Positions 1 through 7,073 of a DNA stretch of 64,000 bases are shown here, one piece after another. Both the position numbers and the translations under genes were made by a program. The notes under the pieces are model-generated. The model was not told the DNA's origin. It saw nothing but the letters and a program-made list of their open reading frames with translations, and did not search any database. Numbering within the stretch: the stretch's first letter is position 1; each line of letters starts with the position of its first letter. The stretch lies in the sequence record LC727701.1. One strand, 5' to 3'.

Positions 1-111
1 AGTACTGAATATATTCATACAAGTTGTCTAGGGTATGATGAGTACGACCCCAGCGATTACAGTAATTATTTATGCATCTCTCGTGTTAGGGAAACATCGC
101 TGGTTAAATAA
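1..111 (+). CDS. 3' end of hypothetical protein (partial, ...YDEYDPSDYSNYLCISRVRETSLVK*)
   Basis: Frame +1 is open from base 1 to TAA at 109-111 and is followed directly by a terminator hairpin at 125. Confidence 0.5.
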   Translation, partial: STEYIHTSCLGYDEYDPSDYSNYLCISRVRETSLVK

Positions 112-124
112 ATTAACGACATAA

Positions 125-146
125 GCCCTCTCCTTCGGGAGAGGGC
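125..146. terminator. Intrinsic terminator hairpin
   Basis: GCCCTCTCC-TTCG-GGAGAGGGC: 9-bp stem, UUCG loop, followed by ATTTATT. Confidence 0.85.
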
Positions 147-180
147 ATTTATTCAGTTAAACTTTTAAGAATAAAAGAAT

Positions 181-208
181 TAGCCCTACTGCTGTAACAG
201 TAGGGCTA
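181..208. terminator. 11-bp hairpin (terminator or processing site)
   Basis: TAGCCCTACTG-CTGTAA-CAGTAGGGCTA. Confidence 0.55.
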
Positions 209-276
209 TATGCCGTTGAGTAAAAAATACTCAACATTTTCGCCCAAGTGGGCTTGGATTAACAAGAGGAACAATC

Positions 277-582
277 ATGTTAATTCCAGTTACCGCTAAC
301 AATGTTAGCCCTGACCTGCACAGAATGCAGGAAGTAGGTTTCTTTTTCAAGAGACCCGATGAATCAACCCATAGCATGTCGGTTGCGAAAACGCAAGCCG
401 ATAATGTTATCCAATGTCGAGATCGTAGAGGTAACTTCATTGGTTATTGGGCTGGCCCTACAATAGGATACGTCAACAACGCAGGTTTAGCCGTATCCAT
501 CAACCCCTTCGACAATTTCATAGTAACATACACTGACATGGATCAGAAGAAGTTCTATGTAACCGAAAGGAGAAGCCTATGA
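277..582 (+). CDS. Hypothetical protein, 101 aa
   Basis: GAGGA Shine-Dalgarno (SD) at 266-270, ATG at 277, terminator right after the stop. Confidence 0.75.
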   Translation: MLIPVTANNVSPDLHRMQEVGFFFKRPDESTHSMSVAKTQADNVIQCRDRRGNFIGYWAGPTIGYVNNAGLAVSINPFDNFIVTYTDMDQKKFYVTERRSL

Positions 583-590
583 TAAACAAC

Positions 591-610
591 CCCTCTCCTA
601 AAGGAGAGGG
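591..610. terminator. Intrinsic terminator hairpin
   Basis: CCCTCTCC-TAAA-GGAGAGGG directly after the 277-582 ORF. Confidence 0.8.
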
Positions 611-642
611 ACTTATCTGAATTCTTTTTTTTGTTTAAGTGA

Positions 643-1217
643 GAGCCGCCCGCTAAAGCGGCTCCCAAGTGGAGTTAAGTCTCCCGCTAAAGAGAAACTC
701 CAGAATACATGGGGTAGCGACTCCTCATGTAGATATCCTAATTAATCTCTTTAGCTAGTAATCAATACCAGTTATCACTCGTTGATAATTGATTTGTTTA
801 TTAGCTAATTTGACTTAATCAGAATGATCAATACATATTGTTAATAATCTAGTATATTATTACCAGTATCATTGAGTAATACTGGTAATCAAATATTACT
901 CATGAATCTTACCTAATGTGGAACTGAGGAATCGGATCGCCCCGTAGGGGCTTTTATTTCATAATAAACTATACCGAAGGTATATCCTTATTCTAATAAT
1001 AAACAATATTAGCATTATTCTAATAGCGTTAGCTAATACATACTGTCTCCCTAAAAGGAGACACAGTATAGATTATATTTTTTTTAATTAAAAATAATAA
1101 GTCTAGAGATAGACTTTCTTTATGCCTTTAATACCTTCTAATTTGCTCTATAATCGATTTTATTCGTTATTCACTAGCATATTAGCCATACGACATAAAA
1201 GCCCTCCTAAGAGGGCT
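643..1217. other. Hairpin-dense non-coding island (candidate ncRNA, origin or packaging region)
   Basis: Stems at 643-664, 671-701, 706-731, 859-889, 939-951, 970-984, 1040-1069, 1099-1116 and 1200-1217; no credible ORF. Confidence 0.55.
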
Positions 1218-1464
1218 AAAATGCTTTATTTTTCATTAGTTGGATATAGGAGTACAATAGACTCTGCGCATACTTTAATAACTTGGATATTTTCACTGTC
1301 ATTATTTTTTTGATTGTTTATTTTTAACGCAGTATTCAAATTGTTGGGATTTGAGTTTATATACGTTATTGTTCTCTTCTCCCAGTATTCCTCCAAATAC
1401 CAATCCTAGGATAAATATTAATAAACCACCAATAAAGATAATATAAACATTACCATAGTACATA

Positions 1465-1833
1465 TTACATTAACTCCTTTACATCATCTGGAATAGATTC
1501 ACACCGATCTAAATCCCAGTAGATGTGTGTATAGTGATCTTGGTTTACGATACTGATAAAATCCCCATTAGGATCGGGTAATGGTTTACGGATAATATCA
1601 ACGTAAATAGTGTAATATAAATAAAGATCACTGATGAGTTCATCAATGTTTAAATTATTACCCTCTGCATATTTCCCATATTTAAAATAATGGGCTTCTT
1701 CTGCTACAGCATAACGGATTTTATCGTAATTTTGTGATGCGGCATATACACGTGCAAATAGAGGGCGATTAAACTTTCTACATTCACTAATATTTTTTCT
1801 TAAAGTATTTACTAAATTATCAATTGCACTCAT
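1465..1833 (-). CDS. Hypothetical protein, 122 aa (phiKZ gp117-like position)
   Basis: Clean ORF with AGGT SD upstream on the minus strand; co-oriented with the helicase. Confidence 0.75.
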   Translation of the reverse strand: MSAIDNLVNTLRKNISECRKFNRPLFARVYAASQNYDKIRYAVAEEAHYFKYGKYAEGNNLNIDELISDLYLYYTIYVDIIRKPLPDPNGDFISIVNQDHYTHIYWDLDRCESIPDDVKELM

Positions 1834-1858
1834 TTAGATTACCTATTAAAATTATAGT

Positions 1859-1878
1859 GCTCTCCCCGAAGGGAGAGC
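1859..1878 (-). terminator. Intrinsic terminator downstream of the helicase gene
   Basis: GCTCTCCC-CGAA-GGGAGAGC; the loop reads UUCG on the minus strand. Confidence 0.75.
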
Positions 1879-1887
1879 TTTATGTTG

Positions 1888-3435
1888 TTAATATCCCCAG
1901 TCATCTCCACCAGTGGCTTGCATATTGCTAAGACTTGGTACAAAGTCCATGTAATTGTTTTCTTCTTTATCGATATCCCATCTAATACCACCAATACGGT
2001 CTGGATCAAACGGCATAACAAAATAGTGATGCTTACTATCACTTACAACGTTACGGTGTTTACCACGTTGTACGGTTAGATAATACTTACCACTTACTTT
2101 AACAATGTGGAAGAAGAATTCCAGATCAGGTTCTTGTCCAAGTCGGCGACAACCGTCATAGTAACCTTTGTTAGCAACTTGTTTAACAAAGTCTTCTGGT
2201 GGGATATTATCCCTGATTAGTTCTAATGCCTGAGAACTTAACTGATGCGGACTAAAGAATGTGATACCACGTGGTGCAGTATAGTTACGCATTCGCCTAA
2301 ATAGGAGACGAACGTCATCACCTGCTACACTGGTCACTAATCCAGTTTTAGGCAACATGTTTAGATAATCTACGCAGAGATATTGTAGTTCATAACCACG
2401 TGCTTGATATGTATCTAGGTAGTTAACTAAACCAGCAATCGTAAATTCAGTTGGGTCAAAACGATACATTACTGGTTCAAAACCATTTTCACGGAGACGA
2501 GCTGATACATATTCAGCTGCTTCAGCTTTACTAATAGAACTACGATCTACCTTGATACCTGTTTCATTTTCGTAAATATACTCATAAATGAAAATAAGGT
2601 TATCCGGAATCTCATTCTCAAGAGTAATAAACATTACTAATGGTTTCTTATTGATATCACGCATGTATGGTTTATTAAATAGACACACATGGCAAAATAG
2701 ACTCATAGAAACGCCAGATTTATATTGATGTTGTAGGCCACCACCGATAATAAATTCACCACGTTTTAATGCACCCAGATCACCAAGCATCCTGTTAAAA
2801 CCTTTCCATCCAGTTCGGAAAGCACCATTTGGTGAAAGAATGGTTTTAGCTTCTTCGAAGAAGCCTTCAATAGAGTCTAGATTACCAAAATCAAGTGCAC
2901 CCATTTCAGCTGGGTGTTTCTCTTCAGCACGCGCGCGAATATATGGGTCAGCTCTGGTTGCCATTTCATTAATGATTGCCGGAATATCAGCAGAGCCCCT
3001 ATTGAAAAGAATTTTTGATGAACATTCTTTTACAATAGCTTTTACCTTCTCATCAGCTAAGTAGCTATTTAGATCACGACGATATGAAGTTACACGCATG
3101 GCCAATGCCATGCCATTTGGAAATTCTTCTTCTACCGCATTTTTAACAGCATCGTATAGATAACTTTCTTCACGACAACATACTTGTAGTGATTGTAATA
3201 CCTGTTGGGTAGCTGGGAAATATGCTTTCTGTTTCTTATTTAGATCCACTAGTAGATTACGAAGATCTAAAAATGTTTGTCGACCATGATCTACATCTAA
3301 TGTACCACCCTTATCATTTAGAGTATCAAGAATCTCGGTAACCAATTCATTGGATGGTTCCACAGGAGAATCTTCTCGATTTTCTAAACATAATAGAGTG
3401 ATACATGAAACGAGTAATTGTTTTGGACTTGACAT
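1888..3435 (-). CDS. dnaB: DnaB-like (SF4) replicative helicase, phiKZ gp118-like
   Basis: TGWKGFNRMLG, variant Walker A GGGLQHQYKS, FITLEN, Walker B LCVDYLNM, HQLS and VQRGKHR motifs; 515 aa. Confidence 0.9.
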   Translation of the reverse strand: MSSPKQLLVSCITLLCLENREDSPVEPSNELVTEILDTLNDKGGTLDVDHGRQTFLDLRNLLVDLNKKQKAYFPATQQVLQSLQVCCREESYLYDAVKNAVEEEFPNGMALAMRVTSYRRDLNSYLADEKVKAIVKECSSKILFNRGSADIPAIINEMATRADPYIRARAEEKHPAEMGALDFGNLDSIEGFFEEAKTILSPNGAFRTGWKGFNRMLGDLGALKRGEFIIGGGLQHQYKSGVSMSLFCHVCLFNKPYMRDINKKPLVMFITLENEIPDNLIFIYEYIYENETGIKVDRSSISKAEAAEYVSARLRENGFEPVMYRFDPTEFTIAGLVNYLDTYQARGYELQYLCVDYLNMLPKTGLVTSVAGDDVRLLFRRMRNYTAPRGITFFSPHQLSSQALELIRDNIPPEDFVKQVANKGYYDGCRRLGQEPDLEFFFHIVKVSGKYYLTVQRGKHRNVVSDSKHHYFVMPFDPDRIGGIRWDIDKEENNYMDFVPSLSNMQATGGDDWGY

Positions 3436-3574
3436 TTTTATAGATTTCCAATTGTGAAATTAAGAGATGTACAGTGTATCATTTAGATAGCTAGTAATTT
3501 TAGTGAATGTATTTGCTATATTGCTATGTAGACAGTTCCCAAAAGCCTAAAGTTACAATATAGGTACTTTCACA

Positions 3575-4108
3575 ATGACCCAAGTTCTGGTTATGCCAAA
3601 AGCTGTTTTTGAATCATATAAAACAGCAGGTGTACAATTTAACAAATTGTTAGACACCAACTATATAGTTTCCGAAACCTCCGTAAATGATCTTGCGGAG
3701 ATACATCAGGCTTTAACTGCTTTCCCCTTTCTATTACCAGAAAAACTAGATATTAAGTTAGCAGTAAGCCCGATAATCAAAGTTGCTGAGCTAGGTGAAA
3801 TAGACGGTCCTGACCAATTTAAGATGAAGGATTTACACAATCGTTTAGAGAGCCGCCTAGCGACTAATGAACTTAGGGATGCAGGTAACCGTAATTTAGT
3901 GTACGATTATTACCTATATCCTGTAGATGAGAATCTGTGGGTTGCGGTGCAGCAGAGTGCGCACATTGCAAGTAGCGATCCTAGACGTGTCTCAATTCAA
4001 CTTAACCATACTTTCTTTGATAGTATGATAAATGAAATGTTGAACACCCGCCCACGTGAATCCGTGGCGTCAACACAAATTTTTACCTATTATTTGGAGA
4101 GCTGCTAG
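3575..4108 (+). CDS. Virion/minor capsid protein, phiKZ gp119-like
   Basis: 177 aa directly upstream of the MCP; synteny with phiKZ. Confidence 0.75.
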   Translation: MTQVLVMPKAVFESYKTAGVQFNKLLDTNYIVSETSVNDLAEIHQALTAFPFLLPEKLDIKLAVSPIIKVAELGEIDGPDQFKMKDLHNRLESRLATNELRDAGNRNLVYDYYLYPVDENLWVAVQQSAHIASSDPRRVSIQLNHTFFDSMINEMLNTRPRESVASTQIFTYYLESC

Positions 4109-4180
4109 GTTGATTCCGGAAAAGATGCTTAGTAGACCCAAATTTTTAAACCAAAAACTCATCCTACGTAGGAATAAAAA

Positions 4181-6424
4181 ATGAGCGTACATGCCCTAAG
4201 AGAACTGTTTAAACACAAAGGCGAAAAGAATTACGAAGTCTTCTCAATGGAAGATTTCATTGGCCGCCTAGAAAGTGAAATTGGTCTAAATGACAGCGTT
4301 GTTAGTCAAGGTCGTTCCCTTATTAGCAGCATTTCACATGAAAACTTCGGTACCGTGCAAGCTACCGACATTCAAGATGCCGCTGCAATTTATAACAAAA
4401 TGCAAATGCTCGTTAACGACTATGGTTTCGAACGAGTAAGTTCCAGTGATCCTCAAGTACGTGCTCGTGAAGAACGTGTCCGTGAGAACCAAATCACTGC
4501 TGCTACCATGGCTGCTATCGCCTGTGCTGATGAAACTAAATATATCCGTGCACTACGTGGTATTACCAAAGCTAAAGCTTCTAATGAAGATCATGTTAAG
4601 GTTGTACAGCATCAGTTCAATGGCCCTGCTGGTGGCATTCAAGTATTCGAAAATGGTGTTGGCCTAGAGAACTATAACGAGAAGTCACAGCGTGATTTCC
4701 GTGTTGTAACTATTGGTTATAACCTAGCTGCTAGCCGTCAGGATGAATTCGCTGAGCGTATCTATCCGACCACCGTTATCAACCCGATTGAAGGTGGTGT
4801 TGTTCAGGTTCTTCCTTACATCGCTGTAATGAAAGACGTTTACCACGAAGTATCCGGCGTTAAGATGGATAACGAAGAAGTGAACATGGTAGAAGCCTAT
4901 CGTGATCCTTCCATCCTCGACGACGAAAGCATTGCACTAATTCCTGCCCTAGATCCGGCTGGTTCCAATGCTGACTTCTTCGTAGACCCGGCTCTTGTTC
5001 CTCCGTACACCATCAAGAACGAGCAGAACCTAACTATCACTACTGCTCCGCTAAAAGCGAACGTACGTCTTGATCTAATGGGTAACTCCAATGCTAACCT
5101 ACTCATCCAGCGTGGCATGCTTGAAGTTTCTGACACCATTGATCCGGCTGGTCGTCTAAAGAACCTATTCGTTCTACTCGGCGGTAAAGTTGTTAAGTTC
5201 AAGGTTGACCGTCTACCTCGCGCTGTGTTCCAGCCCGATCTAGTTGGTGATACCCGGAACGCAGTTATCCGTTTCGATAGCGATGACCTTGTTGTTAGTG
5301 GCGATACCACTTTCATCGACGGTTCAGCTGATGGCGTTATTAACGACCTTAAGACTGCTAAACTAAGCCTACGTCTAAGCGTTGGTTTCGGCGGTACTAT
5401 CAGCCTATCCAAAGGCGATTCTAAGTTTGGTGCTACCGACACTTACGTCGATAAAGTTCTAAACGAAGATGGTCAAGTAATGGATAATGCTGACCCGGCT
5501 GTTAAAGCTATTCTAGATCAGCTAACTGACCTAGCTGTTATCGGTTTCGAACTAGATACTCGCTTCACCAACACCAACCGTCGTCAGCGTGGTCACCTAC
5601 TACAGACCCGTGCACTACAGTTCCGTCATCCGATCCCGATGCACGCTCCTGTAACTCTACCGATGGACACCATGACCGATGAAGGTCCGGGTGAGGTTGT
5701 TAAAGCTCTAACCGTTAACACCAACATCCGTAACAGCAACAACGCTGTTAAGCGCATGCTTAACTACCTTGCTCAACTACGTGAAGTTGTACACAATGGT
5801 TACAACCGTCCGAAGTTTGGTATCATCGAAGGTGCACTATCCGCTGTAATGCGTCCGACCTATCGTTACAAAGAACTAGATCTTGAGAAAGTCATCGACA
5901 CCATCAAGTCTAAAGATCGTTGGGACGACGTTTGCGCTGCGATCCTAAACTGTGTTAAAGCTGAGCTATTCCCGGCTCACCGTGATTCCAACATTGAAGC
6001 TGCCTTCCGTGTTATCTCCGGTAACCAGGATGAAACTCCGATGTATCTCTTCTGCTCCGACAAAGAGATTGCTAACTATCTAATGACTAAAGGTGACGAC
6101 CGTACTCTAGGTGCTTATCTCAAGTACGATATCGTTTCCACCAACAACCAGCTATTCGATGGTAAGCTAGTTGTAATTCCGACCCGCGCAGTACAACAAG
6201 AAAACGACATCCTCTCCTGGGGTCAGTTCTTCTACGTATCTACTGTTATCGCTGACCTACCGATCACCCGTGGTGGTCACCAGGTTACTCGCGAAATCGC
6301 GGCCATTCCGTTCAACCTACACGTCAACAACATTCCGTTCGCACTAGAGTTCAAGATCACTGGCTTCCAGAAAGTCATGGGCGAAACTCAGTTCAACGGT
6401 AAGCTTGCTGATCTTAAGCCGTGA
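4181..6424 (+). CDS. Major capsid protein, phiKZ gp120-like
   Basis: 747 aa; recognised N-terminus MSVHALRELFKHKGEKNYEVFSME; strong codon bias; GLE|NYNEK fits the S/A/G-X-E head-protease motif; ends in TGA. Confidence 0.95.
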   Translation: MSVHALRELFKHKGEKNYEVFSMEDFIGRLESEIGLNDSVVSQGRSLISSISHENFGTVQATDIQDAAAIYNKMQMLVNDYGFERVSSSDPQVRAREERVRENQITAATMAAIACADETKYIRALRGITKAKASNEDHVKVVQHQFNGPAGGIQVFENGVGLENYNEKSQRDFRVVTIGYNLAASRQDEFAERIYPTTVINPIEGGVVQVLPYIAVMKDVYHEVSGVKMDNEEVNMVEAYRDPSILDDESIALIPALDPAGSNADFFVDPALVPPYTIKNEQNLTITTAPLKANVRLDLMGNSNANLLIQRGMLEVSDTIDPAGRLKNLFVLLGGKVVKFKVDRLPRAVFQPDLVGDTRNAVIRFDSDDLVVSGDTTFIDGSADGVINDLKTAKLSLRLSVGFGGTISLSKGDSKFGATDTYVDKVLNEDGQVMDNADPAVKAILDQLTDLAVIGFELDTRFTNTNRRQRGHLLQTRALQFRHPIPMHAPVTLPMDTMTDEGPGEVVKALTVNTNIRNSNNAVKRMLNYLAQLREVVHNGYNRPKFGIIEGALSAVMRPTYRYKELDLEKVIDTIKSKDRWDDVCAAILNCVKAELFPAHRDSNIEAAFRVISGNQDETPMYLFCSDKEIANYLMTKGDDRTLGAYLKYDIVSTNNQLFDGKLVVIPTRAVQQENDILSWGQFFYVSTVIADLPITRGGHQVTREIAAIPFNLHVNNIPFALEFKITGFQKVMGETQFNGKLADLKP

Positions 6425-6502
6425 GCTGGAAAGGGTTACCGTTATCTAGAAAATGGGACTATCCGTTATTTGGAAGACGGTAATGCCCGGAAGTTAGAAT
6501 AG
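6425..6502 (+). other. In-frame 25-codon extension after the MCP UGA (candidate readthrough domain AGKGYRYLENGTIRYLEDGNARKLE)
   Basis: Same frame as the MCP, ends TAG TAA, lies before the terminator, and repeats the C-terminal motif of the 31600-32133 protein. Confidence 0.7.
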
Positions 6503-6514
6503 TAACAGACATAG

Positions 6515-6534
6515 GCCCTCCCTTCGGGGAGGGC
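6515..6534 (+). terminator. Terminator of the capsid operon
   Basis: GCCCTCCC-TTCG-GGGAGGGC followed by TTTATG. Confidence 0.85.
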
Positions 6535-6543
6535 TTTATGTTG

Positions 6544-6579
6544 TATTACATTAAAAAAAGTTTAAGATCTATATTACAG
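6544..6579 (+). promoter_or_regulatory. phiKZ-type early promoter (virion RNAP)
   Basis: TATATTAC at 6570-6577, the established phiKZ early -10 motif; 35/36 nt identical to 58251-58286. Confidence 0.8.
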
Positions 6580-6620
6580 TAATGATCATGATCTTCTAAT
6601 TTAAAAATAGGTTAATCCAA

Positions 6621-7073
6621 ATGAACGTTCAATTATTTCCAGAAGTCATCGAAAGATGGCAGGATGCCCTGAGGGTATCTCTTATAGAAAAAAATACCAT
6701 GGTAGATAATAAGATGTCTACCGTAGATGATGATAAATACATTAATACTTTCTTTGAAGAATTCCATCCTGTTCAGGATGCCTTTATGCCCAAAGGGCTA
6801 GAGGACTTTATTACAGATTATGCCAAGAAAAACACTGAGGAGATCCCTCAAGAAAAACAGTTTAAGCGGGCCACCGAAAAGTTATATTGTTCGAGTGACC
6901 CGCATAAATGGCAGAAGTCAAGTAATAAGGAAAAGAGTGAATCCTTTAAGGGAAGGTCCGTACATCAAACTAAAAAGAGGCTCCCCAACATTGTAGATTT
7001 GGAGGCCGTTGTGATTAAGGTAGATTTCAATGGTAACACTAAAAATTGCGGGGCTTACTCAAGTATCAGTTAA
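6621..7073 (+). CDS. Hypothetical protein, 150 aa (gp121-like)
   Basis: AGGT SD; first gene after the early promoter. Confidence 0.7.
   Translation: MNVQLFPEVIERWQDALRVSLIEKNTMVDNKMSTVDDDKYINTFFEEFHPVQDAFMPKGLEDFITDYAKKNTEEIPQEKQFKRATEKLYCSSDPHKWQKSSNKEKSESFKGRSVHQTKKRLPNIVDLEAVVIKVDFNGNTKNCGAYSSIS

Noticed and set aside
643-731. Hairpin triplet as a tRNA or CRISPR mini-array
   Set aside because: No acceptor stem, TTC T-loop or D-loop consensus. The repeat is only 10 nt with two copies, and no cas genes are present.
1122-1313. 63-aa track ORF in the non-coding island
   Set aside because: No SD, it runs through a terminator-like hairpin at 1200-1217, and its composition reflects AT-rich intergenic DNA.
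4897-5442. 181-aa antisense ORF within the MCP
   Set aside because: It is a shadow of strong MCP codon bias, which leaves few antisense stops. It has no SD.
6440-6469. 30-nt repeat pair as a diversity-generating retroelement TR/VR
   Set aside because: The copies are identical with no adenine-specific mismatches, the repeat is too short, and no reverse transcriptase gene is in the window.
6421-6483. Alternative 20-codon GTG ORF (MSWKGLPLSRKWDYPLFGRR) overlapping the MCP stop
   Set aside because: No SD and no recognisable motif. The repeat shared with gp143 is meaningful only in the MCP frame.
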